Source of the DNA: Alphaproteobacteria bacterium
GTDB lineage: Bacteria; Pseudomonadota; Alphaproteobacteria; GCA-2731375
Length of the DNA: 64,000 bases
Direction of reading: 5' to 3'
NCBI GenBank assembly: GCA_965225945.1
Contig: CBDDBZ010000033.1
Location: 96,001 to 160,000, forward strand
The position numbers and the translations under genes were made by a program. Of the stretch, positions 10,041 through 19,170 are shown piece after piece (the first letter of the stretch is position 1; every line of letters begins with the position of its first letter). The notes beneath the pieces were generated by a model. The model did not search any database, was not told the origin of the DNA, and saw nothing but the letters and a program-made list of their open reading frames with translations.

Positions 10041-10209
10041 GATGTCCTCACGGGGACGACGGGTGGGGTGAGTTCGTAATGTCGGTAGACCCTGCCGCTG
10101 ACCGGCGGCAAGGACGCGCGAAAGATTGAACCGCCTCATCCTCTGATCCCATCATGAGGTGGCCACGCGCCAACCTCGAAGAGAAGCAAGAGCCCCGTGC
10201 GGCAACATC
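10041..10209 (+). ncRNA. Putative bridge/seek RNA of the IS110 element
   Basis: Manual fold: closing stem 10049-55/10193-99 and two stem / internal loop / hairpin domains, whose loop strands match the element's target flanks and donor junction (see findings). Boundaries approximate. Confidence 0.75.
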
Positions 10210-10370
10210 CGCCAGTGCGGAACGACGTGAAGAAGGAATATGGCATGACGTAACCAGAAAGGGCTTGACCGAGGACGCGATAGAGAAGCCGACATTCGGT
10301 CCCGGTCGCACTTGCCCCCCTCCCCGCCAACGGGCAAGCTCGGCGAAACGAACTGGAGGAGGAAAACGCC

Positions 10371-11165
10371 ATGTCGCGCGCGGAGATCAACGGAACCACT
10401 ATTCACTACCACTTCGACGGCTCCGACGACGCGCCCGCCGTCATGCTGTCCAACTCGCTCGCCTCCAACCTTTCGATGTGGGACCACCAGGTGCCGGCGC
10501 TGCTGGAGGCCGGCTACCGGGTGCTGCGCTACGATAGCCGCGGCCACGGCCGCTCTTATGCGCCGGCGGGGCCCTATTCGATCGAGCTGCTGGGCCGCGA
10601 TGCGGTCGGCTTGATGGACGCTTGCGGGCTCGACCGGGTTCGTTTCTGCGGCCTCTCCAAGGGCGGCATGGTCGGCCAGTGGCTCGGCGCCAACGCCGGC
10701 GATCGGCTGATCTCGCTCGCGCTCTGCGATACCGCCTCGCACATGGAAGGCGGCGGCGATGCCTGGCAGCAGCGGATCGAGGCGGTCGAGGCGGGTGGCA
10801 TGGAAGCCGTCGTCGACGGCACCCTCGAGCGCTGGTTCACCAAGCCCGGAATGGCGCGACTGCCAGACGAGGTCGGCGCCGTCAGGGCGATGATCCTGGG
10901 CACGCCCGTCGTCGGCTTCCAGGCCTGCTGCATGGCCATCCGCGACATGGACCTGCGCCCGGGACTCGGGCGGATCACGACGCCGACGCTGGTCATCGTC
11001 GGCGAGGAGGATCCCGGCACTCCGGTCGAGAAGGCGCGGGAGATCCACCAGGGGATCGCCGGCTCGGAACTGGTGATTCTGCCGGACTGCGCGCATCTCT
11101 CGAACCTCGAACAGGCGCCCGCGTTCAACGAGGCCCTGCTCGGCTTCCTCGCCCGCCACGGATAG
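10371..11165 (+). CDS. pcaD: 3-oxoadipate enol-lactonase
   Basis: LSNSLAS...MWDHQ, RYDSRGHGRS, GLSKGG nucleophile elbow and AHLSNLEQ. Confidence 0.8.
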   Translation: MSRAEINGTTIHYHFDGSDDAPAVMLSNSLASNLSMWDHQVPALLEAGYRVLRYDSRGHGRSYAPAGPYSIELLGRDAVGLMDACGLDRVRFCGLSKGGMVGQWLGANAGDRLISLALCDTASHMEGGGDAWQQRIEAVEAGGMEAVVDGTLERWFTKPGMARLPDEVGAVRAMILGTPVVGFQACCMAIRDMDLRPGLGRITTPTLVIVGEEDPGTPVEKAREIHQGIAGSELVILPDCAHLSNLEQAPAFNEALLGFLARHG

Positions 11166-11228
11166 TCGCGAGATCGTCGCCGGGTCGCCCCAAGCCGCTC
11201 CGGCTCGCGCGACCTCTCGGGGCGAACC

Positions 11229-12749
11229 TCACGCGGGCGGCACCGGACGGCGCGCCAGGAACACCAGCGGCATCACCAGAAACGCGCAGGCGGCATAGGC
11301 GAGGTAGACGTTGGTATAGCCGATCAGGCTCGCCTGTCGGCCGATTTCGGCGCCGAGGCCGGCGAGGCCCCGGGGGCTGGAGAGGTCCCAGCCGCCGACG
11401 ATGGTCCCGTAAACCAGGTTCTCGTTGAAGGGGTTCAAGCTCTCCACCATCTCGGCATAATTGGTCCGGGCGCCGCGCACCACCAGCGAGGCGCTGATCG
11501 CGATATGGGCGCTGCTGCCGATGTTGCGCAGCAGATGGAAGACCGAGGCCGCCTCCGGTACGTCGCGCGGCGCCAGGGTCGCGAAGGTCACCACGGTGAT
11601 GGGCGACCACATCAGGCCGATACCGAAACCCTGCAACATCGTGGTCCAGGCCACCGCCCAGGTGGTCATGTTGACGTCGAAGCGCGACATCGCGTAGCCC
11701 GCCAAACCTTGCATGAAGAAGCCGATGAAGAGGTTGATCCGGGGGTCCAGCCTGCCCATGCCGAACAGGAGGGCGAAGCAGCCGAGCAGCAGCCCGATCC
11801 CCCGCACGCCCTGCAGGATGCCGATGGCGGAATCCGGATAGCCCCGCAGGTCCTGCAGCATCGGCGGCTGCAACACCAGGGTGGTGAAATAGAGCATGCC
11901 GAAGGCGAGGCCGAGGATGATGCCGACGGCATAGTTTCGGTCGCGGAACAGCCTGGGGTCGAGGAGCGGCCGGTCGGTGGTCAGCAGGTGGACCACGAAG
12001 AGGTAGAAGGCCCCCGCCGCGGCGAGCCCGAGGATCGAGATCGTCATCGAATCGAACCAATCCAGCCGCTCGCCCCAATCCAGCATCAACTGCAACGAGG
12101 AGACCGCGACCGCCAGCAGGATGAAGCCGGTCCAGTCGAACCGGCTGGCCGCCGGCGCCGCCGCTTCGTCCCTCACATGCGCCCAGACCGCAAGGAGGCC
12201 GAGCGCCGCGAGCGGCGAGACCATCAGGAAGACCCAGCGCCAAGAGAAATCCTCCGCCGCGTAGCCACCGACGATCGGCGCGACGATGGTGCCGGAGGTG
12301 ACGCCGATGCTCCAGAGCACGACCACCCGGCCGTGCCGTTCCTTGGGAAAGAGCCCGAGGATGATGGCTTGGCTGAGCGGAATGATCGGCGCCCCGGCGG
12401 CCCCCTGGATGGCTCGGTAGACCACCAGCTCCGGCAGCGAGGCGGCGATGCCGCAGAGCGTCGAGAAGACCCAGAAGACGAACATCGCCCAGAGCATCAC
12501 CCGCCTGCGGCCGAAGCGGCCGGCGAGCCAACCGCTCAAGGGCATCACGATCGCGGTGGCCAGCAGGTTGGCGGTCACCACCCAGGTGATCTGATCCTGG
12601 GTGGCGGCGAAGGTCCCCTGCATCTGTGGCATCGCCACGTTGACCGTGGTGATGGTGAGGACGTAGATCGCGACCGTGAAGGTGAGCGAGACGAGGACGG
12701 CGACCGGCCTCGGTCCGGCGGCCACGTCATCGCCTCGGGGCGCCGTCAT
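11229..12749 (-). CDS. DHA2 (EmrB/QacA) MFS efflux permease
   Basis: GWLAGRFGRRR motif A, WRWVF motif and about 14 hydrophobic segments. Confidence 0.9.
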   Translation of the reverse strand: MTAPRGDDVAAGPRPVAVLVSLTFTVAIYVLTITTVNVAMPQMQGTFAATQDQITWVVTANLLATAIVMPLSGWLAGRFGRRRVMLWAMFVFWVFSTLCGIAASLPELVVYRAIQGAAGAPIIPLSQAIILGLFPKERHGRVVVLWSIGVTSGTIVAPIVGGYAAEDFSWRWVFLMVSPLAALGLLAVWAHVRDEAAAPAASRFDWTGFILLAVAVSSLQLMLDWGERLDWFDSMTISILGLAAAGAFYLFVVHLLTTDRPLLDPRLFRDRNYAVGIILGLAFGMLYFTTLVLQPPMLQDLRGYPDSAIGILQGVRGIGLLLGCFALLFGMGRLDPRINLFIGFFMQGLAGYAMSRFDVNMTTWAVAWTTMLQGFGIGLMWSPITVVTFATLAPRDVPEAASVFHLLRNIGSSAHIAISASLVVRGARTNYAEMVESLNPFNENLVYGTIVGGWDLSSPRGLAGLGAEIGRQASLIGYTNVYLAYAACAFLVMPLVFLARRPVPPA

Positions 12750-12820
12750 GATCCCGTCCCGCGGGCTGGGCCGAAACGCTTCTCCGTCATCAATGCCGAG
12801 GCTCGGAACGCCCCCGAAAC

Positions 12821-12930
12821 GTCATCGCGAGCGAAGCGTCGCGATCCAGGGCGACCTCCCCAGCGTCGACCGTCGCGCGGGCTTGGACGCCGCCTGGATC
12901 GCCACGTTCGTTTCGCTCGCTCGCAATGAC
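12821..12930. repeat. Alphaproteobacterial palindromic intergenic element (RPE/REP-like)
   Basis: GTCATCGCGAGCGAAGCG ... CGCTCGCTCGCAATGAC ends with inner GCGATCCAGG / CCTGGATCGC arms. Confidence 0.7.
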
Positions 12931-13088
12931 GAGACTCTCTCGACGTCGCGAGCTCGGCTCGGAGATTCCGTATGGTCGGACGGTGCCCCAGCTTTCTCGC
13001 CCTCCTCTCACACCCCTGCAGATCCCGCTTGTCAGCCTTCGTCGAGGTCCGGGCTCGAATACTCGAGGCCGGAGTCGCACATCAAGGT

Positions 13089-13121
13089 AACGACGGTCGC
13101 GATCTTGGTGTCGAAGCGCAT
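13089..13121 (-). pseudogene. N-terminal fragment resembling DUF2000 family
   Basis: MRFDTKIATVV followed by unrelated sequence. Very short match from memory. Confidence 0.3.
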
Positions 13122-13147
13122 GAACGCGAAGCCTTGTTTTGGTTGCT

Positions 13148-13876
13148 TTAGCTGAAGTGCATCGCGCCGTTGACGTCCAGTACCGCGCCGGAGACGTAGC
13201 TGGCCGCGGGCGAGACGAGGAAGGCGAGCGGGCCCGCCAATTCCTCCGCGCGGGCCATCCGGGCGAGCGGGAAGGCAGCGGGATCGAACGGCTCCCCTTG
13301 CGTCATCGCCGTCGCCACCGGGCCCGGCGCCACCGCGTTCACCAGGATGCCGTGCGGCGCGCCTCGCTTGGCGCCCCAGCGGACGAAGCCGTGAATCCCG
13401 CCCTTGGCCATGACGTAGTGCGGCGCCGCGCGCACCCCGCCGATGCGCCCGGCGATCGAGCCGACAAGCGCGAAGCGCCCGCCGCCGCGTTCCACCATCC
13501 CCGGCCAGAAGGCGCGGACGACGTTGATCGGTCCTTGCAGGTTGACCTCGAAGACCTTGTCGGCGACCGCGTCCCAGCCCTCGTCCCACCAATCGTCGAA
13601 GGGACAGATCGCGGCGCAGTCGACCACCGCGTCGACGGCGCCGGCGGATGCCGCCCAAGCCTCGACGGCGGCGCGATTCGTGATGTCGAGCACCGTCGCC
13701 TCCGCCTCGCCGCCACGCTCGCGCAGAAATTCGGCGAGCGGTGCCGGCGCCTCCAGATCCGCAAGGTGGACGGCGGCCCCCATCTCCGCCAGCAGCCGCG
13801 CCGTGGCCGAGCCGATGCCGCCGGCCGCGCCGGTGATCGCCACCCGAGTGCCCGTCATGTCGAATGCCGTCGCCAT
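13148..13876 (-). CDS. Short-chain dehydrogenase/reductase
   Basis: TGAAGGIG, YVMAK and NAVAPGPV motifs. Start at MATAFD after GAGGAG. Confidence 0.9.
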   Translation of the reverse strand: MATAFDMTGTRVAITGAAGGIGSATARLLAEMGAAVHLADLEAPAPLAEFLRERGGEAEATVLDITNRAAVEAWAASAGAVDAVVDCAAICPFDDWWDEGWDAVADKVFEVNLQGPINVVRAFWPGMVERGGGRFALVGSIAGRIGGVRAAPHYVMAKGGIHGFVRWGAKRGAPHGILVNAVAPGPVATAMTQGEPFDPAAFPLARMARAEELAGPLAFLVSPAASYVSGAVLDVNGAMHFS

Positions 13877-13902
13877 CGCTCCTCCTCGCGCGTGAAGCGC
13901 GC

Positions 13903-14060
13903 CTATTGCAGTATCCGCGCTACCTTGCGGGCGAGTTCGTCCGGATCGAACGGTTTGCCGATCAGGATCGCGTCGACCGCCGCGTCGTGTCTCTGTAGCA
14001 TGTCGGCGGCGGTGCCGGACATGTAGGCGATCTTGAGATCGGGTCGGTCGAGTTCGCCCC
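13903..14060 (-). pseudogene. C-terminal remnant of a response-regulator receiver domain
   Basis: Manual translation RPDLKIAYMSG...LIGKPFDPDELARKVARILQ*. No start codon or N-terminal half. Confidence 0.65.
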
Positions 14061-14166
14061 ACGCTGCCGGTCCCGCCAGCTGGTCGTTCGGGCTATGACG
14101 GCGTTATGCTCCCTCGCGCGGGGCCGTGTCGAATTGACGGGCGCCCGGGAGCGCGGAGGTGAGACG

Positions 14167-15127
14167 ATGACGACAGCGGCCCCGCCGGCGAGCGCGAACA
14201 TCGCCAATACGGATCAGTTCGAATACTGGAACGGCGAGACGTCCGAAAAGTGGGTCACGCATCGCGACGTCCTCGACGCCAGCTTGGCGGAAATGGCGGA
14301 TTTGCTGTTGCGCGCCGCCGACCCGCGCGTTGCTGAGCGGGTGATCGACATCGGCTGCGGCACCGGCGCCACCAGCCGCCGCCTCGCCGAAAGGGTGGCG
14401 CCCGGCGGCGAGGTCGTGGCGCTCGACCTCTCGGGCCCGATGCTGGAGCTCGCCCGGACAGAGCCCCGGGAGAACCTGAGCTTCCTCCAGGCGGACGCCC
14501 AGAGCTTCGCTTTCGCGCGCGGGGCCGCCGACCTCGGTTTCGCGCGCGGGGCCGCCGACCCGCTTTCGCGCGCGACCTCGCGACCTCGGCGCGACCTCGG
14601 TTTCGCGCGCGGGGCCGCCGACCTCGGTTTCGCGCTTCGGCGTGATGTTCTTCGCCGACGCGATCGCCGCCTTCGCCAACATTCGCGCCGGCCTGCGCGC
14701 CGGCGGGCGTTTCGCCTTCGTCTGCTGGGCGCCGCTCCGGGACAATCCCTGGTTCTTCGAACCGCTCGAAATCGTCGCCCGGCGGCTCGGACAGCCGACG
14801 CCGCCCGAGCCCGGCGCGCCCGGCCCGTTCAGCCTCGCGGAGTGCGACTACGTCGCCGAGCTTCTCTGCGAGGCGGGCTTCGCGAGTGTCGAGGTCGAAG
14901 CCGTCGCGACGCGGATGGGCGGACAAGAGGATGGCGAGACGGCGGCGCGGTTCGCTTGCCGAATGGGGCCGGCCTCGAGGCTGCTTCTGGAACGCGAGCC
15001 GGACGCGGCCACGCTTGCTGCGATCGTCGCCGAGATCGCGGCGAAATTTCGGTCCTATCAAACGGCCGAGGGCATCGTCTTGCCGGCCCTGGTCAACCTC
15101 GCCACGGCGGTCAATCCCGGCGCGTGA
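14167..15127 (+). pseudogene. Class I SAM-dependent methyltransferase, frameshifted at a 27-bp repeat expansion
   Basis: IDIGCGTG in the first frame. SRFGVMFFAD...PGPFSLA in a second frame after the repeats at 14511-14634. Confidence 0.8.
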
Positions 15128-15155
15128 GCCTACGTTCACGAGCGCGGCAGCAATT

Positions 15156-16952
15156 CTATTCCGGTACGCCCGCCTTCCGCAGGCCATCGAGCAAGCTCTT
15201 CAAAGGGGTTTCGTGCACGCCGACGAAACGGTCGCGGATGAAGCTGATCGAGAGCGCCGGTTCGAGCTGTATGGCTTTTTCGACCGCCGTCCGCGCCGCG
15301 CTTTTTTGCCCAGCCTCCGCCAACGCGGCGGCGAGATGCATGTAAGGCAAGAAGCCGGCGTCGGGGAACTGACAGGCCTGCTGGCAATGTGCGATGCATC
15401 GTGGCGCCCGAGAGCACGTAGCGCCGAACCTTTGAGCATGAGTGTCATCCAGCGCAAAGGATCGCGCGGGCTGAGCCGAAGCGCGGTATCGTAATGTGGG
15501 AGGGCTTGTTCCGCATGGCCGGCGCCATGATAACGGGCCCAACCGAGGCCAAAAATGTCCCCGGGCGAAGTTGGGATTGATCGCAATCGCGGTCTGCATT
15601 TCGCCAATCGCCATTTCGACTTCACCGGTTAAGACCATTTCGACTTCACCGGTTAAGACATGCACCCGCCCCAAGGCGTAATGCGCCACCGGTTCGTTCG
15701 GATCGAGAGATACCGCCTGTTCGGCCGCCGCTCGCGCTGACGCCGTGGCTTTCGCCCTATCCTCGGCGTAGCCCAACATCACCGAATTCCAGAGAGCAAA
15801 AGCGAGGTGGGCATGGGCCGCCGCGAATTCCGGGTCCAGTGCGATCGCTTCCCGGAATAGGCGTATGGCCTCGGTGTGGTCGGCCTTATTGAAGCGATAT
15901 AAATGCGACAGGCCGCGTTGCAGAAGCTCCCAGGCATCGAGGTTTTCCGGCGGCTTGCGCCGGGCGCGCTCACGCTCTCGCACCCCGATCTCCGGCTCGA
16001 CCGCGACCACGATCTGCTCGGTGATCTGGTCCTGCAAATCGAAGACGTCATCCAGCGCGCCGTCGAAGCGATCGGCCCAGAGGTGGGTGCCGCTGGTCGC
16101 ATCGATCAACTGCGCGGTGATACGCACGCGGTTACCCGCCTTACGTACGCTACCTTCGACGACGTAACGGACTCCCAGTTCGCCGGCCACCTGGGTGATA
16201 TTGATGGCGCTGCCCTTGTAGGTGAAGGAGGAATTGCGGGCGATCACGAACAGCGAGCGGAAGCGCGAGAGCGCGGTGATGACATCCTCGGCGATGCCCT
16301 CGGCAAAATACTCTTGGCCCGGATCATCCGACATGTTGTCGAACGGCAGCACGGCGATCGAGGGCTTGTCGGGCAACGGCAATGCGTCATCGCCGACGGT
16401 TTCCGCCACGGCGGCAGTGGACGTTTGCGTGGGAGACCAACGCCAGACCCGGACCGGCTTGGCGATGTTCTTCACCTCGTGGCTGCCGTCGTCGACGAAT
16501 TGGCTGTCGATCTTGCCCTGCACCTGCTCATGAACGTTGCCCGAGATGGCGATACTGCCGGGCTCGGCAAGCGCCTCCAGACGCGCCGCGACATTGACGC
16601 CATCGCCATGGATGTCGTCGCCGTCGATGATGATGTCGCCGAGGTTGATACCCACTCGAAACAGCATCCGGCGATCCTCGGGCGTCGCGGCGTTTCGTTC
16701 CGCCATGGCCCGTTGGACCTCGACACAGCATCCGACGGCGTCCAGAACACTGGCGAATTCCAACAGGATCCCGTCGCCGGTGGACTTGACGATCCGCCCC
16801 CGGTGCTCGGCGACCTTGGGATCGACCAGTTCGCGCCGATGCGCCTTCAGCGCCGCCAGCGTGCCCTCCTCGTCCGCGCCCATGAGGCGCGAATAGCCTG
16901 CCACGTCGGCGGAGACGATGGCGGCTAATCGGCGTCGTGTGGCCTCGGACAT
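15156..16952 (-). CDS. Class III adenylate/guanylate cyclase with TolB-like and TPR regions (compensated frameshifts in TPR part)
   Basis: ADVAGYSRLM, GDGIL, FRVGINLGD, GDGVNVAARLE and PSIAVLPF motifs. About 50 aa near 15395-15555 read in another frame. Confidence 0.85.
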   Translation of the reverse strand: MSEATRRRLAAIVSADVAGYSRLMGADEEGTLAALKAHRRELVDPKVAEHRGRIVKSTGDGILLEFASVLDAVGCCVEVQRAMAERNAATPEDRRMLFRVGINLGDIIIDGDDIHGDGVNVAARLEALAEPGSIAISGNVHEQVQGKIDSQFVDDGSHEVKNIAKPVRVWRWSPTQTSTAAVAETVGDDALPLPDKPSIAVLPFDNMSDDPGQEYFAEGIAEDVITALSRFRSLFVIARNSSFTYKGSAINITQVAGELGVRYVVEGSVRKAGNRVRITAQLIDATSGTHLWADRFDGALDDVFDLQDQITEQIVVAVEPEIGVRERERARRKPPENLDAWELLQRGLSHLYRFNKADHTEAIRLFREAIALDPEFAAAHAHLAFALWNSVMLGYAEDRAKATASARAAAEQAVSLDPNEPVAHYALGRVHVLTGEVEMVLTGEVEMAIGEMQTAIAINPNFARGHFWPRLGPLSWRRPCGTSPPTLRYRASAQPARSFALDDTHAQRFGATCSRAPRCIAHCQQACQFPDAGFLPYMHLAAALAEAGQKSAARTAVEKAIQLEPALSISFIRDRFVGVHETPLKSLLDGLRKAGVPE

Positions 16953-17003
16953 GGCGCCAGTGTAGCCAAGGCGCCGGCGACCGGGAATAGCGGGCGGGCA
17001 CGT

Positions 17004-17468
17004 TCATGCGCCGCCGGCTTCCGCCTTCTTCTCCCAGCCGCCCATTTCGGACTGCTGCCAGTAGGTGAGCGGGTAGCCGGCGTCGCGGTAGTCGCGCCAA
17101 CGTTCCCTGGCCGCCTGGACCGCCGCCTCGTCACGGCCGTCGAACAGGTCGAGCGCGCGGGCGAATGTCTCGACGAAGCCCGGGCGCAGCCCATCGACGA
17201 CGACGAGGACATCCGCCCCGTTCGGGTTTTCTTCCGCAGTCGTCAGGTAGATCGGCTGGCGCTCGGGGCTGCCGGCGCGGGCCGAGCCGTGGGGCAACCA
17301 GGAGCCCGGATCATAGGTCCAGAGCATGGCGTCGAGCGCTTCCAGCCGCTCGGGCGAGCCGGTCAGCAGAACCGTCCTGTGGCCGCGCTCGACGATCTTC
17401 TCCAAGAGCCGCGGCAGCGCCTGCTCCAAGGCCACGCGCCGCAGGTGATAGAAGGCGATCTCGGTCAT
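17004..17468 (-). CDS. holC: DNA polymerase III subunit chi
   Basis: MTEIAFYHL...LWTYDPGSWLPHG...ARERW...YWQQ. Start overlaps the pepA stop. Confidence 0.92.
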   Translation of the reverse strand: MTEIAFYHLRRVALEQALPRLLEKIVERGHRTVLLTGSPERLEALDAMLWTYDPGSWLPHGSARAGSPERQPIYLTTAEENPNGADVLVVVDGLRPGFVETFARALDLFDGRDEAAVQAARERWRDYRDAGYPLTYWQQSEMGGWEKKAEAGGA

Positions 17469-18955
17469 TTGGCCTCGTAGTTGTCGCGGACCAGGCGGTC
17501 GAGGGCGCGCACGCCCCAGCCGGTGCCACCCTTGGGCACGGTGGGCTTTCCGCTCTTTGCCCAGGCGACGCCGGCGATGTCGAGATGGGCCCAGGGCACG
17601 TCGCCGACGAAGCGTTGCAGGAACTGCGCCGCCGTGATGCTGCCCGCCGAGCGGCCGCCGACGTTCATCATGTCGGCGATGTCGGAGTTGATCTGCTTGT
17701 CGTAGGCCTCGCCCAGCGGCAGCCGCCAGATCCCCTCGCCTTCCGCCTTGCCGGCGGCCGTCAGTCGCTCGGCCAGTTCGTCGTCGTTGCCGAAGAGGCC
17801 GGCGTATTCGTGGCCCAGCGCGGTGATCATGGCGCCGGTCAGCGTCGCGAGATCGACCATGAAACGGGGCTTGAAGCGCTCCTTCACGTACCAGAGCGCA
17901 TCGGCGAGGACGAGCCGGCCCTCGGCGTCGGTGTTGATCACCTCGATGGTCTGGCCCGACATGGAAGTAACGACGTCGCCCGGGCGCTGCGCGGTGCCCG
18001 AGGGCATGTTCTCCACCAAGCCGATGACGCCGACGGCGTTGAGCTTGGCCTTGCGGCCGGCGAGCGCGCGCATCAGGCCGGTCACCGTGCCGGCGCCACC
18101 CATGTCCCACTTCATCTGTTCCATGCCGCCCGCGGGCTTGATCGAGATGCCGCCGGTGTCGAAGCAAACCCCCTTGCCGATAAAAGCCACCGGCTTGGCC
18201 TGCCGAGGCCCGCCGTTCCAGCGCATGACCACCAGCCGGCTCGCCCGCTCGCTGCCCTGGCCGACACCCAGTAGCGCGCCCATGGCGAGCTTCTCCATCC
18301 GCGCTTCGCCCAGCACCTCGACCTCGAGCCCGTGATTCCTCAGCTTGCGACATTGGGCGGCGAAGCTCTCGGGATAGAGCACGTTGGCCGGCTCCGAGAC
18401 CAGATCGCGGGTCAGGAACACGCCGTCCGCGACCGCGTCGAGCGGTGCGAAGGCACGCCGGGCCGCCGCCGCGCCCTTGGCGGCGATCACCACGCGCGCG
18501 AGGGTCGGCTTGTCGGTGGGTTTTTGCTTGGTCCGATACTTGTCGAAGCGATAGCCGCCGAGACGGGCGCCATAGCCGATTCGGGCCGCCACCTCCTTGG
18601 CATCGAGGGCGGAATGCCTGAGATCCTCGGCCAGGATCACCAGCGCCTTCTCGCCACTGGTGGCGAGCTTGCCGACGGCGCCGCCACCGACCGCCTCCAC
18701 GGCCAGCGCCTTCACCTCGCTCGGCTTGCCGAGGCCGGCGACCAGGACCCGATTGATGCCGGCCCCCGGGGCCAGCAGCTCGAGCCAACTCCCCTTGCCG
18801 GCCTTGAACGCGACCGCCTTGACGGCGCGAGCGATCGCCCCGCCCAGCGCGGCGTCGAGCGCGCCGCCGTTCGCCAACAGCTTGCCCCCCTCCCCCGCCA
18901 GGACGACGACCGCGCCTCCCTTGACCTGCCTCGGCTCGCTGAACGAGATCTTCAT
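17465..18955 (-). CDS. pepA: Leucyl aminopeptidase (M17)
   Basis: GKGVCFDTGG, MKWDMGGA, NTDAEGRLVLAD and WAHLDIAG motifs. Confidence 0.96.
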   Translation of the reverse strand: MKISFSEPRQVKGGAVVVLAGEGGKLLANGGALDAALGGAIARAVKAVAFKAGKGSWLELLAPGAGINRVLVAGLGKPSEVKALAVEAVGGGAVGKLATSGEKALVILAEDLRHSALDAKEVAARIGYGARLGGYRFDKYRTKQKPTDKPTLARVVIAAKGAAAARRAFAPLDAVADGVFLTRDLVSEPANVLYPESFAAQCRKLRNHGLEVEVLGEARMEKLAMGALLGVGQGSERASRLVVMRWNGGPRQAKPVAFIGKGVCFDTGGISIKPAGGMEQMKWDMGGAGTVTGLMRALAGRKAKLNAVGVIGLVENMPSGTAQRPGDVVTSMSGQTIEVINTDAEGRLVLADALWYVKERFKPRFMVDLATLTGAMITALGHEYAGLFGNDDELAERLTAAGKAEGEGIWRLPLGEAYDKQINSDIADMMNVGGRSAGSITAAQFLQRFVGDVPWAHLDIAGVAWAKSGKPTVPKGGTGWGVRALDRLVRDNYEAK

Positions 18956-19170
18956 CGTCTACCCTCCAAGCCCCGCGTCCCGTCCCCGACCATTAGAGCA
19001 TGACGCCGCGCCATCTTAACCGGGGAGGGCGCGATGGAAATAGTCGGAGGCGAGAGATCCCTGGCCTCGACGCCGCCAGCCTTCTATACGGGGGGCCGAG
19101 CGGCTATTCTCCGCCGTCCCGCCGAGTGGAGGCGGCGGGACGACGCTCGACGCAAGAGCCCGAGGGATCG

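Larger units (their letters stand above)
8830..10288 (+). mobile_element. IS110-family (IS1111-type layout) element
   Basis: Short left end and ~300-bp right non-coding end. Sub-terminal inverted repeat TATCGCG / CGCGATA. AG core repeated at 8828-8829 and 10287-10288. Confidence 0.85.

Noticed and set aside
10265-10288. IS110 circle-junction sigma70 promoter
   Set aside because: TTGACC is present, but the spacing to the best -10 candidate (TATATC) after joining is 22 bp, so it was not called.
17004-18788. 594-aa ORF as a long HolC fusion
   Set aside because: The upstream part is an alternative frame overlapping pepA. holC starts at 17468.
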